The notes: generated by a model not told the origin, from the sequence alone. A stretch of DNA of 64,000 nucleotides from a bacterium (GCA_963674595.2 CAXXFV010000023.1:832001-896000), one strand, 5' to 3'. Counted from the stretch's first letter, positions 29,735 to 40,560 are shown. A program made the numbers and translations.

Positions 29735-31183
29735 ATGAGCTTTGTAACTGATTTTAAACCCGAAATTTTATGGAAACATTTCGACCGGATACTGACCATC
29801 CCCCGCGGTTCCAAAAATGAAGGTGCCATCCGTCAGTACATCCTGGATTTTGCCAGGGAAAAAAGATTGGAAGCAGTAACCGACGCGGCGGGTAACGTGC
29901 TGGTTAAAAAAGGACCAACCCCGGGCAATAAAAATTATCCGGTGATCCTGCAGGGCCACATGGATATGGTCAATGAAAAAAACGCTGATGTAAGCCACGA
30001 TTTCGAGAAGGACCCCCTGATCCCCCGGCAGGAAGGAGATTATCTCTATGCTACCGGAACCACCCTGGGGTCTGACAACGGAATCGGCGTGGCTGCTGCC
30101 CTGGCTCTCTTGGAGGATGACAAGGCAGAGCATACCGGACTGGAATGCCTTTTTACCGTAGACGAGGAAACCGGACTAACCGGGGCAGCTTCTTTGGAGT
30201 CAGGGTTGCTCAAAGGAAAACTCCTCATCAACCTGGACTCGGAAGAAGAGAATGCCGTGACGGTAGGATGCGCGGGAGGCTCCGGACAGGATATCGCCCT
30301 GGAGCTTGAACCAGCCAGGCAGCCGGGCCATATCACTTTTGAAATAAAACTCTCCGGGCTGAAAGGCGGGCATTCCGGAGTGGATATCCACCTGCAGAGG
30401 GGTAATGCCGTCAGCCTTATGGCCAGGCTGCTGAATGAAATACCTGAAAATTTCTCCCTGAGGCTTGTTGATTTTCGCGGCGGCAACATGCACAACGCCA
30501 TTCCGAGGGAATCATTCGCGGTTATTTCCGATAAAAAAGAGAAGGCGGAAATCATCAAGGCCAGGCTGGCCGAGGTTTTCGAAGACATAAAATCTGAATT
30601 TGGGAGCGTGGAACCGGACATTAAGCTGAAAATCAGCGCGGGGGCACAGCCTGTAAAAGCTTATTCCCTTGATTCTTCCGCCAAGGCGATAAAGATGCTC
30701 CTGGCAATTCCGCACGGGGTGGCTGCCATGAGTTATGACATCCCTGACCTGGTCGAGACCAGCAGCAACCTGGCTTCCGCTAAAATTAAGGACGGCAAGC
30801 TCCAGATCCATGTGAGCAGCCGCAGCTCCACAGCTTCAGCTCTCCAATCCCTGCAGCGGAGGATTGAAGCTGTCACCTCCCTGGCCGGAGCGGAGAATAT
30901 TACCCTGGGAGGATATCCCGGATGGAGACCGGATTTAAAATCCAGGCTGCTGAAAACAGCCAAGGAATCCTATGTTGAGGTCTCCGGCAAGGATCCGGAA
31001 GTTTATGCCATCCATGCCGGGCTGGAATGCGGAATAATCAAGAAAAAATACCCTGACCTGGACATGGTTTCAATCGGCCCCCAGATTGAGTTTCCACACT
31101 CCCCCGACGAAAGGGTACTGGTTCCCTCCGTGGCAGATTTCTACAACGTACTTAAGGTAATGCTGAGGAAAATCGGGGAATGA
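29735..31183 (+). CDS. pepD: Aminoacyl-histidine dipeptidase
   Basis: LQGHMDMV, TTLGSDNG, DEETG, NLDSEE, GGHSG, HAGLECG and HSPDE. Confidence 0.93.
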   Translation: MSFVTDFKPEILWKHFDRILTIPRGSKNEGAIRQYILDFAREKRLEAVTDAAGNVLVKKGPTPGNKNYPVILQGHMDMVNEKNADVSHDFEKDPLIPRQEGDYLYATGTTLGSDNGIGVAAALALLEDDKAEHTGLECLFTVDEETGLTGAASLESGLLKGKLLINLDSEEENAVTVGCAGGSGQDIALELEPARQPGHITFEIKLSGLKGGHSGVDIHLQRGNAVSLMARLLNEIPENFSLRLVDFRGGNMHNAIPRESFAVISDKKEKAEIIKARLAEVFEDIKSEFGSVEPDIKLKISAGAQPVKAYSLDSSAKAIKMLLAIPHGVAAMSYDIPDLVETSSNLASAKIKDGKLQIHVSSRSSTASALQSLQRRIEAVTSLAGAENITLGGYPGWRPDLKSRLLKTAKESYVEVSGKDPEVYAIHAGLECGIIKKKYPDLDMVSIGPQIEFPHSPDERVLVPSVADFYNVLKVMLRKIGE

Positions 31184-31213
31184 TACAGGGGCGATTCAGG
31201 AATCGCCCCTGTA
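31184..31213. repeat. REP-like palindrome (possible terminator)
   Basis: tacaggggcgattc-ag-gaatcgcccctgta, followed by 7-mer (ttcaaga/ttgaacc) repeats. Confidence 0.8.
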
Positions 31214-31326
31214 ATTCAAGATTCAAGGTTCAAAATTCAAGATTGAGATGCCGCAGAGACCCGGCCACTCCCTTGAAGCATGGTCATGCCCGAACCTTGA
31301 ACCTTGAACTCCCGTCGATTGGCGGG

Positions 31327-32562
31327 CTACTCCAGGATCAAAAGAGCATCGGATACCGGCCTCTCCACAGCTGGCCCATCAGCCGCAGGCCTCTCCATAC
31401 CCGGCCTGCCAGAAACAGGTCTGTCAGCACCCGGCCTTTCCCTGCCCGGCCTGCCAGCACCCGGAGCCGGGCCCATCATCATGCCTGGCCTGTTGGAAGG
31501 GCTGTTAACGACCTTCCCGTTCAGGTACATGGTTGATGAGCCCCCGCCGTCAAGGTTGATCGCATATTTGCAGTCGAGCGAAGCCATCAGCCGGGTCAAT
31601 TCCTCAAGTGACATCCCGACACTCTTTCCGGGCTGCCTCCCGTCGACAACGACAAAATACCACTTCCCCTGCCCGTCAATACCTACCGCGGTCCGGGGGT
31701 GCTGGGTCGTATCGAACGCATTTCCCTGCTGATCCAGTTGTTCTACCAGGTAATCGCCTACGGGTTCTCCGTTCCAGATCAGCAGCCCGGCACCTCCGAC
31801 CAGATAGTCCATCTCCTTCCATTCCGAGTCTCCGGTCTTTTCCGGGTGTTGAGGCTTGAACACGTAGCTGATTTCCACGGGAGTCCCAGCTTCAGGAACC
31901 ACCGCTTCTTTTGCGGCATCCGCTCCGTAGGAAAGAACAAAGCCATTCTCCGGGATAGCGGCATTGCCATCGGAATGGTAGCTTGCAACCTTTCCATCCT
32001 TAACAATGATTTCAAGCCCGCCTGCTTCGGTGAGGGTTGATGGATTAAAGGCAGGGGTATAAAGGACTACATCCGTGGATTTCCTGGCCGCATTAACTGT
32101 GTTTAACTGCTCTTTCCGGCCATTAACCAGGGCTGTCCACTCCATATCGAGCTGGTCAATCAGAACCCTGGTTCCATCTTCACTCCAGCCCAGCACAGCT
32201 CTCGGAAATCTGGGAACACCAAACCATGCTCCTTTTATCTTCAGCATCCCGACTGGAATTCCCGCGAGATCCCCGTTCATTTCAAAAAAGCTGGCATTAA
32301 TGCCCAAAACAGCATGCTCCCTGGCGGCGATTGAAGAAACGGTCTCTCTTCCCAGGCTGAATTCCCTGGCTTTTTCCATGACAATTCGGCCCTGCCCGGG
32401 CATGAAACCGGAAATGTGTATGGAATTGGGCTCATCAGTGACTCGATGTTCATATTCAATCGAAACATTTGAATCAGGGGCAACCAACGCCTGGGCGGAA
32501 AGCCCGAGGGTCATAAGCAGGGAAAGCAGGGTAATAAAAACGAACGATCTGGTTTTAAACAT
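31327..32562 (-). CDS. Phosphodiester glycosidase (NAGPA-like) family exported protein, copy 1
   Basis: Signal peptide; GINASFF, HPRTAVG, VVVDGR and AINLDGGGS. Confidence 0.9.
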   Translation of the reverse strand: MFKTRSFVFITLLSLLMTLGLSAQALVAPDSNVSIEYEHRVTDEPNSIHISGFMPGQGRIVMEKAREFSLGRETVSSIAAREHAVLGINASFFEMNGDLAGIPVGMLKIKGAWFGVPRFPRAVLGWSEDGTRVLIDQLDMEWTALVNGRKEQLNTVNAARKSTDVVLYTPAFNPSTLTEAGGLEIIVKDGKVASYHSDGNAAIPENGFVLSYGADAAKEAVVPEAGTPVEISYVFKPQHPEKTGDSEWKEMDYLVGGAGLLIWNGEPVGDYLVEQLDQQGNAFDTTQHPRTAVGIDGQGKWYFVVVDGRQPGKSVGMSLEELTRLMASLDCKYAINLDGGGSSTMYLNGKVVNSPSNRPGMMMGPAPGAGRPGRERPGADRPVSGRPGMERPAADGPAVERPVSDALLILE

Positions 32563-32948
32563 CTCTACGCAACTCCCATAATTTGGTTTTATAAATTTCC
32601 ATATCAACCTTGATATAGATGCTGTTTATTCTCACTCAGCTGAATCGAAACCTAAAATAGGACCTCTTGGGAAACCTATTTAGTTAAATTGAGTCCAGGG
32701 GCACAGTCGTTACCGGCAGGCAGGAATGAGGTCGCTAATTAAATTTGACTGCTTCCTGTTATTGCTCTTTTGAAACGTTCAACTGCTTATTCTTAAACTA
32801 CGAAAAGAATTGTCATTGTTTCGTTTTATACAAAGGTAGTTAGCTCGCATTCCTCGCCAAATGGCCGCTGCGAAGGCAAATACACCCGTCCGCCGGGCTG
32901 GGTTATGAATCCTAAGCCTCCTCAACATACAGCCAGGTACGCCTGCGG

Positions 32949-33040
32949 GGCCTTAATCGCAAGCCTTGTCAGGCCGGCCCTGTCCTCCGCAGCTCGAAGA
33001 GCAAAGGGGCGTCTGCACCGCCTCGCTACGCAAGTTGGTG
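32949..33040. repeat. ~92-bp intergenic repeat, copy A
   Basis: ggccttaatcg...gccttgtcaggccggccctgtcctccgcagctcgaagagcaaagggg...gcaagttggtg, repeated at 34494. Confidence 0.85.
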
Positions 33041-33252
33041 GTGAAGGCAGATTAGAATCGCGGAGATGGACATGCGGGGGTGATATTCAGGTCCGCGGCC
33101 TTCCTCTTGCCCTACGGGCTTCTTACAAGCTACGAAACACTCCATAAAGGTTATTTCGCCTCTTTTATTCCCAAATTGCCACAATGCATAATCATAAGGG
33201 AGGCCCAACCCAAACTTTGAACTTAAACTTTGAAAGCGGGCCGGTCGGAGTG

Positions 33253-34374
33253 CTACTCCGGGAGTATCATCAGGGCGTCGGAAACCGCCCTTTCGCCGCT
33301 TACGTCAGAAGGACTATTTACGACAGCACCATTCAAATACATGGTTGATGAGCCCCCGCCGTCAAGGTTGATCGCATATTTGCAGTCGAGCGAAGCCATC
33401 AGCTGGGTCAATTCCTCAAGTGACATCCCGACACTCTTTCCGGGCTGCCTCCCGTCGACAACGACAAAATACCATTTCCCCTGCCCATCGATACCTACCG
33501 CGGTCCGGGGGTGCTGGGTCGTATCGAACGCATTTCCTTGTTGATCCAGTTGTTCTATCAGGTAATCGCCTACGGGTTCTCCGTTCCAGATCAGCAGCCC
33601 TGCACCTCCGACCAGATAGTCCATCTCCTTCCATTCCGAGTCTCCCGCGTATTCTGGACGAACAGGCCTGAATTCGTAACTGATAGTTACGGGAAGCCCA
33701 ATCCTCACCGGATTTGCTTTTTTTGCGGCCTCAACCCCATAGGAAAGGACAAAGCCATTTTCAGGTATAACTGCGTTCCCGTTTGAGTGAATCTCGGCAA
33801 CCTTGCCGTCTTTAACAATGACTTCCAGGCCTCCTGATTCAGCAAGGGTTGATGAATTGAAGGCTGGCGTATAAAGGACTAAATCAGTAGAGTTTCTGGC
33901 AGCGTTAACTGTGCTCAGCTGTACTTCCCGGCCCCTGACCAAGGCTGTCCACTCCATATCAAGCTGGTCAACCAGAACCATGGTTTCATCTTCCTTCCAG
34001 CCCAGCACAGCTCTCGGAAATCTGGGAACGCCAAACCATGCTTCTTTTATCTTCAGCATTCCGACTGGAATTCCCGCGAGATCCCCGTTCATTTCAAAAA
34101 AGCTGGCATTAATGCCCAAAACAGCAAACTCCCTGGCGGCGATTGAAGAAACGGTCTCTCTTCCCAGGCTGAATTCCCTGGCTTTTTCCATGACAATTCG
34201 GCCCTGCCCGGGCATGAAAGCGGCAATGTGTATGGAATTGGGGGCACCAGTCACTCGATGTTCATATTCAATCGAAACATTTGAATCAGGGGAAACCAAC
34301 GCCTGGGCGGAAAGCCCGAGGGTCATAAGCAGGGAAAGCAGGGTGATTAAAACAACCGATCTAATTCTTAACAT
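33253..34374 (-). CDS. Phosphodiester glycosidase family exported protein, copy 2
   Basis: Same motifs; long near-identical DNA tracts shared with copy 1 and copy 3. Confidence 0.9.
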   Translation of the reverse strand: MLRIRSVVLITLLSLLMTLGLSAQALVSPDSNVSIEYEHRVTGAPNSIHIAAFMPGQGRIVMEKAREFSLGRETVSSIAAREFAVLGINASFFEMNGDLAGIPVGMLKIKEAWFGVPRFPRAVLGWKEDETMVLVDQLDMEWTALVRGREVQLSTVNAARNSTDLVLYTPAFNSSTLAESGGLEVIVKDGKVAEIHSNGNAVIPENGFVLSYGVEAAKKANPVRIGLPVTISYEFRPVRPEYAGDSEWKEMDYLVGGAGLLIWNGEPVGDYLIEQLDQQGNAFDTTQHPRTAVGIDGQGKWYFVVVDGRQPGKSVGMSLEELTQLMASLDCKYAINLDGGGSSTMYLNGAVVNSPSDVSGERAVSDALMILPE

Positions 34375-34493
34375 CTTTCTTCAACTCCAATGATTTAACC
34401 CTATAAATGTATATTTAACCTCCGCCGCTGTTGCTCCTGGTTGCCGGAATCTGAAGCAGAATCAGGCTAAACCCGGCACCTCGGACGACTCTT

Positions 34494-34586
34494 GGCCTTA
34501 ATCGAAAGCCTTGTCAGGCCGGCCCTGTCCTCCGCAGCTCGAAGAGCAAAGGGGGTGTCTTCACCGCCCTGCAAAGCAAGTTGGTG
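34494..34586. repeat. ~92-bp intergenic repeat, copy B
   Basis: Near-identical to 32949-33040. Confidence 0.85.
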
Positions 34587-34774
34587 AGAAATAGAGGCTA
34601 ATTACTATTACGTGAATTGGCCCCATTATTTCATTTGATGAGCAGATATTTACAGGCAAGGATAAATTTAAGTTTCGTGAAAAATTCCGGTGAGTTTTCC
34701 AAAAGGGGAGGATACGCGAATCATCGGTCCGGGTTCAGGAATCAACACAGCCTCTGCCTGCATCCAGGTACTTG

Positions 34775-35893
34775 CTACCTGTTTCCATCAATAATCATCA
34801 GGGCGTCGGAAACCGCCCTTTCGCCGCTTACGTCAGAAGGACTATTTACGACAGCACCATTCAAATACATGGTAGCCGAACCTCCGCCGTCCAGATTTAT
34901 AGCATAGCGGCAGCCAAGGGAGAGCATCAGGTCGGTCATTTCATCCAGGGTCATGCCGACACTTTTTCCCGGCTGCCTGCCGTCTACCACAACAAAAATC
35001 CACTTTCCCCGGCGATTGATACCGACTGCAGTGCGGGGATGCCTGGTTGTATCAAAACCTTTACTCAGCTTTTCAACCATGTAATCCCTGACCGGCTCCC
35101 CGTCCATGATCAGCAGCCCTGCGCCTCCGACCAGGTAGTCCATTTTTTTCCAATTTTCATCCACGGCGTGGTCAGGGTGTACCGGCCTGAATTCGTAATT
35201 GATAGTTACGGGAAGCCCAATCCTCACCGGTTGTGCTTTTTTTGCGGCCTCAACCCCATAGGAAAGGACATACCCATTTTCAGGTATAACAGCGTTCCCT
35301 TTTGCATGAAAATCTGAAATTCTGCCATTTTCAACAATGATCTCCAGTCCACCTGGAGCTGTAAGGGTAGTTGTATTAAAAGCGGATGTATAAAGGAGCA
35401 GGTAATAGCGGTTTCTAACCGTGTTAACCATGTGGATGTGTTCCTCCCGGTCACCAATAACGGCTGACCAGTCCATTTCCAGCTGGTCCATGAGAAACTT
35501 GGACCCATCTTCCTTCCAGCCCAGTACCGCCCTGGGCATGCGGGGGACTCCGTACCAGTCTTCATTGATCTTGAGCATGCCAGCGGGAATTCCGGCAAAC
35601 CTGTCTTCCATGACAAAAAAACTGGCATTAATGGCCATCAGGGCATTCTCCCTGGTACTTATGGAAGATACCGTTTCCCTTCCCAGGCTGAATTTCCTGG
35701 CTTTTGCCAGGACAATCCTTCCGTGGCCCGGGTTGAACCGTGCAATGTGTATGGAATCAGGTTCATCAGTTACCAGGTGCTCATATTCAACTGCAGCCAG
35801 GGAACCAGAAGAATTAAAACACCCGACAGAGACGCCGAGTGTCAGCATAAAGGACAAAAAAGTAATTAGAACAACCGGTCTTAACTTGTACAT
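34775..35893 (-). CDS. Phosphodiester glycosidase family protein, copy 3 (possible lipoprotein)
   Basis: Same motifs; SVGC lipobox-like signal. Confidence 0.9.
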   Translation of the reverse strand: MYKLRPVVLITFLSFMLTLGVSVGCFNSSGSLAAVEYEHLVTDEPDSIHIARFNPGHGRIVLAKARKFSLGRETVSSISTRENALMAINASFFVMEDRFAGIPAGMLKINEDWYGVPRMPRAVLGWKEDGSKFLMDQLEMDWSAVIGDREEHIHMVNTVRNRYYLLLYTSAFNTTTLTAPGGLEIIVENGRISDFHAKGNAVIPENGYVLSYGVEAAKKAQPVRIGLPVTINYEFRPVHPDHAVDENWKKMDYLVGGAGLLIMDGEPVRDYMVEKLSKGFDTTRHPRTAVGINRRGKWIFVVVDGRQPGKSVGMTLDEMTDLMLSLGCRYAINLDGGGSATMYLNGAVVNSPSDVSGERAVSDALMIIDGNR

Positions 35894-36074
35894 TTTTGCT
35901 CAACCAGGATTACGGACAGGTTCTTTCTGAAATAATACCATGCCGGGATACAATTAAAGATTCAAAATTCAACTGCCATGAAACTGGAAGCTCAAACCGC
36001 TGAGGTTGAACTTTGAAACTTGAACCACTAATTAACGCCCAGTTTGAACAATCAGATAAATTTACCGTATAATT

Positions 36075-36092
36075 ATTGTATAAATATCCAAT
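36075..36092 (+). promoter_or_regulatory. ARG box (ArgR operator)
   Basis: atTGTATAAATATCCAat fits TGnATwwwwATnCA, just upstream of the argG RBS. Confidence 0.65.
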
Positions 36093-36114
36093 AATTATAC
36101 AGGAGAGTTTTCTA

Positions 36115-37359
36115 ATGAATTCCAAAAAGGTAGTTTTAGCGTACAGCGGAGGTCTTGATACCTCTGTAATCCTCAAATGGCTCCTGGAACGTGACTATGA
36201 AGTCATAGCCTACATTGCTGATGTCGGACAGGAAGATGATTTCGAGGCAGCCAGGGCCAAGGCTCTGAAGATCGGTGCCTCCAAGGTATATGTTGAAGAC
36301 CTGAGGCGGGATTTTGTTGAAAACTACATCTTTCCGGCCTTCAAGGCCAACGCGGTTTACGAAAGCCGCTATTTACTGGGAACCGCGCTGGCACGGCCTC
36401 CCATCGCCAAACGGCATATTGAGATCGCCCGGAAAGAGAACGCCGCATACGTGGCCCACGGAGCAACCGGAAAAGGAAATGACCAGGTCCGTTTCGAGCT
36501 CGCTTATTATGCCCTGGAACCGACAATTAAGGTAATCGCCCCCTGGAAAATGCCCTCCTTCCTGGATGAATTCAAGGGACGGCGGGACATGATTGCCTAT
36601 GCCGAAAAACATGGTATCGACATTAAGGTTACAGCCGGAAAACCATACAGCGAAGACGACAACCTGCTGCACATCAGCCATGAAGCCGGAATCCTGGAAG
36701 ATCCCTCTGTTGAGCCTGAGAAGAATGTTTATTCAAAAACAGTGGATCCTGAGGACGCGCCGGACAAACCCACCCGGATCTCCATTGAATTCCGCGACGG
36801 GATTCCGGTCAAGGTGAAAAACCTGGATAACGGTACTGAAAAAACCGATTCCCTGGAACTTTTCATTTACTTGAATGAACTGGGAGCGGCCAATGGCATC
36901 GGTCGCATCGACATCGTGGAAAACCGGTATGTGGGAATCAAATCCCGTGGTGTTTACGAGACTCCCGGGGGAACGATTCTGCATACGGCCCATACCGACA
37001 TCGAGGGCATTGCCATGGACCGGGAAGTGATGCGGCTGCGTGACATGCTTTCAGCCAAGCTGGCTGAATTGATCTACAACGGATTCTGGTTCAGCCCTGA
37101 AATGGATTTTCTCCGCTCTGCCATTGATAAAAGCCAGGAAGTGATCGACGGGACCGTGAACCTCAAGCTGTACAAGGGCAACGTGTTCGTTTTAAGCCGC
37201 GAAAGCCACAGTTCACTTTATGACCAGGATCTCTCCAGCATGGACATTGAGGGAGGTTTCAACCAGCAGGATTCCGAAGGGTTCATTAAGATCAATGCCA
37301 TCAGGCTCATGGCCCACAACGCTATTATAAAGAAAAGAAGCCTTAACGGAAAAAGCTGA
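36115..37359 (+). CDS. argG: Argininosuccinate synthase
   Basis: [23 protein letters not shown] and [10 protein letters not shown]; AGGAGAG RBS. Confidence 0.98.
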   Translation: MNSKKVVLAYSGGLDTSVILKWLLERDYEVIAYIADVGQEDDFEAARAKALKIGASKVYVEDLRRDFVENYIFPAFKANAVYESRYLLGTALARPPIAKRHIEIARKENAAYVAHGATGKGNDQVRFELAYYALEPTIKVIAPWKMPSFLDEFKGRRDMIAYAEKHGIDIKVTAGKPYSEDDNLLHISHEAGILEDPSVEPEKNVYSKTVDPEDAPDKPTRISIEFRDGIPVKVKNLDNGTEKTDSLELFIYLNELGAANGIGRIDIVENRYVGIKSRGVYETPGGTILHTAHTDIEGIAMDREVMRLRDMLSAKLAELIYNGFWFSPEMDFLRSAIDKSQEVIDGTVNLKLYKGNVFVLSRESHSSLYDQDLSSMDIEGGFNQQDSEGFIKINAIRLMAHNAIIKKRSLNGKS

Positions 37360-37427
37360 TCAACAGGAAGATTTTCGGCTGTAAAGCCCAAAGCTTTCCT
37401 GGTCCAGCTCACCCAAGCAGGTATCGC

Positions 37428-37465
37428 GAATCGCCGGATCAGGGTTAACCCCGATCCGGCGATTC
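37428..37465. terminator. Hairpin between convergent genes
   Basis: gaatcgccggatc...gatccggcgattc. Confidence 0.65.
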
Positions 37466-37467
37466 CT

Positions 37468-38607
37468 CTACTGCCCGCTTGATTCCAATACCTGTTTTAT
37501 GGCCGGAACCTTGGGATCATCAGGGAAATTATCGATGAAATCATGCAGTTCAGCCGCCATATTCTCACCCTCACCCCAGAGGCGATAAATCTCCGCGCTG
37601 AGAATCTGAGGCTGGGAAAAATGCTTGGGATTAATAGTCTTGGCTTTAACCAGCTGATCCATTGCCAGGGACAGTTCCTGTAACTGGTAAAGGGCCATTC
37701 CCAGCTGGGCCCGGGGCTGCGGGTCTCCAGGCATGATCAAGACTGCTTTTTCATAAAGCGCCCTTGCTCCTGCCGGGTCCCCTTTTACCAGCAATATGGT
37801 TCCAAGGTCCGCCAGAGAACGGGATGAATTGGAATCTATTTCCAGGGACTTTCTAAAATATTTTTCAGCATCATCCAGTTTACCCGCGGAATGCTGAATC
37901 ATTCCCATATACTCCCAGGCCTCAGCATAATGGTCAGCTTCCTTCACCGCTTCCTCAAATTCCTTGAAGGCTTTTTTCCCGTTTCCCTTGCCGAAATCCT
38001 TGACTCCTTTTTCAAAAGCCTTGGCAGCCTTCTCAGGAATCTTTTCTCTATCTATTGGTTCGATAACAGTGCCTTCGGCTTCAAAATCAAATTCGAGTTT
38101 CAGCTTCCCATCCTTATCCACCGAGTCAGGTGAAACCTTAATTTCCTTTTCCATATATCCCAGGTCAGGGATGGCAAAAGTGAGCTTATAAGTCCCCGGT
38201 TGAAGCCCGTCTATTTTGAATCGTCCCTTTGGGGCTTCAGTCATAACACAGTGCCGGTGATTTTCATTAAGCTGCAGAAATACCAGGGGTTTCATTTCCA
38301 CAAATTCATAGGTATCCTTAGAACTCCATTGACCGGGGCCACCAGACATTCCTCCGACATTGCTTGAGGCCCCACTCATGGTAGCAGGGCTTACCTCGAA
38401 GCTCATTACCTGCATTTTCTTTTTAACCCGCCCCGCATGCGGAAGCCCAACCTGCCCTTCCAGCCGGTACTGGTCAGCGGCAACTGCGGTATCGGTAACC
38501 GCAAAAACTCCAAGCCCCCCCAGGATAAAAACCCAGGAAAACAGTCTCATTGATGTTCTTGCAAACCGTAAATATTCCCTTGAAGATATGAATAATCTGC
38601 CTGCCAT
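37468..38607 (-). CDS. Exported TPR-repeat protein with N-terminal carboxypeptidase-regulatory-like domain
   Basis: GRFKIDGLQPGTYKL; IPEKAAKAFEKG followed by multiple TPRs; start uncertain. Confidence 0.75.
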   Translation of the reverse strand: MAGRLFISSREYLRFARTSMRLFSWVFILGGLGVFAVTDTAVAADQYRLEGQVGLPHAGRVKKKMQVMSFEVSPATMSGASSNVGGMSGGPGQWSSKDTYEFVEMKPLVFLQLNENHRHCVMTEAPKGRFKIDGLQPGTYKLTFAIPDLGYMEKEIKVSPDSVDKDGKLKLEFDFEAEGTVIEPIDREKIPEKAAKAFEKGVKDFGKGNGKKAFKEFEEAVKEADHYAEAWEYMGMIQHSAGKLDDAEKYFRKSLEIDSNSSRSLADLGTILLVKGDPAGARALYEKAVLIMPGDPQPRAQLGMALYQLQELSLAMDQLVKAKTINPKHFSQPQILSAEIYRLWGEGENMAAELHDFIDNFPDDPKVPAIKQVLESSGQ

Positions 38608-38823
38608 ATTAATTCGGTACCCCCTTCACAATTTTTATACGAATAATCTACTCCTTATAGGGAATTAAAAAAAGTAGACCCCGTCATATTTACTTATAGA
38701 TACGTACCAGTCCCAAAACATTTCAAAAAAAAATTTGGAGTGGGCTCATAACAGTTCCGCCTGCCATACCTATCATTTCATTAAGCAAATTAAACCTCAG
38801 CGTTCCAGCGGAACCCATCTTCT

Positions 38824-38880
38824 CTATCGTTGTCGCTATCGTAGTCGCTATCGCTGTCGTAATCGCAGTCGTAGTCGCTC
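38824..38880. repeat. Tandem degenerate hexamer repeat (NNRTCG)
   Basis: ctatcg ttgtcg ctatcg tagtcg ctatcg ctgtcg taatcg cagtcg tagtcg. Confidence 0.8.
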
Positions 38881-38998
38881 CATGATTGCCTTCCCAGCTC
38901 TTTTCACTGATCTCACTTTGAAAAATTATCAGTAAATTTCGCCAATTCTTTTTTCTGTACGTTTTTTCTTACAGACGATAACCTGCGGGAGAAAAAAT

Positions 38999-40553
38999 AT
39001 GCTGTTAAAAGTACATAGTGCTTATGTCCTGGGCATTGATGCCCAGATGATTGATATTGAGGTTGATTTGTCGGTTTCTGAAAAACCTCAATACCACGTA
39101 GTAGGACTGCCGGACACTGCCATCAAGGAAAGCGGGAAAAGGGTACAGGCTGCCATACGCAACTGCTGCTTCTGCTATCCCGGCACCGGAGCCATCACCG
39201 TGAACCTGGCCCCGGCTGATTTCAAAAAGGAGGGGGTCCTGTTATGACCTGCCCATTGCCCTGGCGGTCATGGGTATTACCGGAGGAATGGAGGAAAGCC
39301 GCTTACGGGACTGGCTGATCCTGGGCGAACTCTCCCTGGACGGAAGTGTCAGGCCGATCAAGGGAGCTTTACCTGTGGCACTCAGTGCCAAAAAGAATGG
39401 CTTCCGCCGGGTCCTGCTGCCCGGCGCCAATGCCAGGGAAGCCTCGGTAGTCCGGGGAATTGAAATCTACCCGGCGGCTTCCCTGCCCCAGGTTGTGCAC
39501 CTGCTGACTGAAGGCTCCACCCAGGACGCGGTTAAACCGCTGGACCACAACCGTCTGCTTGAGGAAAATCCCGTGAACGCTCCTGACTTCTCAGAAATCA
39601 AGGGCCAGCAGGCAGCCAAGAGGGCGGTGGAAGTGGCGTGCGCCGGGGGGCACAACATCCTGCTTAATAGGGCCGCCAGGTTCCGGAAAGACCATGCTGG
39701 CCAAGCGGATACCCTTCCATCAATCCCGAGGATGACCTTTCACGAAGCCCTGGAAGCCTCGGCAGTACACAGTGTCTGCGGAAGCCTGCCCGGGGACAAA
39801 CCTTTTCTGACTCGGCGCCCTTTCCGCTCTCCGCACCACACCATCAGCGCCGCCGGCCTGGTGGGCGGAGGCTCCAATCCCCGTCCCGGAGAGGTATCCC
39901 TGGCCCACAACGGAGTACTCTTCCTGGACGAACTTCCGGAGTTCAACCACCACGTGCTGGAAGTGCTGCGCCAGCCCCTGGAGGACCGGGTGATTACAAT
40001 CAGCCGGGCGGCCCGCTCCCTCACCTTTCCGGCGGACTTCATCCTGGCGGCGGCCATGAATCCCTGCCCCTGCGGCTACTACAACAGCCACCTAAAGGAC
40101 TGTAAATGCACACCCCCGGCCATCCAGCATTACCTGAACCGGATCTCGGGGCCGCTCCTGGACCGGATCGACCTGCAGGTTGCCGTTCCCGAAGTCAGCC
40201 ACGATGAAATGCTCGCGGCTCCGAAAGGAGAATGTTCCGCCGTGATCGCGGCAAGGATCACCGCGGCCCGAAAAATCCAGGGGGAGAGGTTCAAAAAAAC
40301 AAATGGCCGCTACTGCAATGACCAAATGACTCCCCGGGAGATTGAAATTTACTGCGCCCTGAACCAGGAGTCCCGGGAATGCATAGAGGAATCCATGAGG
40401 ACCATGAAACTTTCGGCCCGGGCCTACCACCGCATCCTGAAAGTCGCCCGCACCATCGCCGACCTGGAAGGCGATCCTGAAATCTCCTCCGGCCACCTGT
40501 CAGAAGCCGCTAACTACCGGTCGCTTGACCGGGATTACTGGAGTGGGTTTTGA
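38999..40553 (+). pseudogene. comM: ComM/YifB Mg-chelatase-like AAA ATPase, frameshifted (pseudogene or sequencing error)
   Basis: VGLPDTAIKES, NLAPADFKKEG|YDLPIAL, GELSLDG, out-of-frame GPPGSGKT, RSPHHT, LFLDE, NPCPCG and RILKVARTIADL; extra bases near 39235 and 39666-39723. Confidence 0.88.
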
Positions 40554-40560
40554 GGAAGGA

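Noticed and set aside
39230-39250. Programmed frameshift or phase variation in comM
   Set aside because: The G-run is short and further insertions occur downstream; sequencing error or decay is simpler
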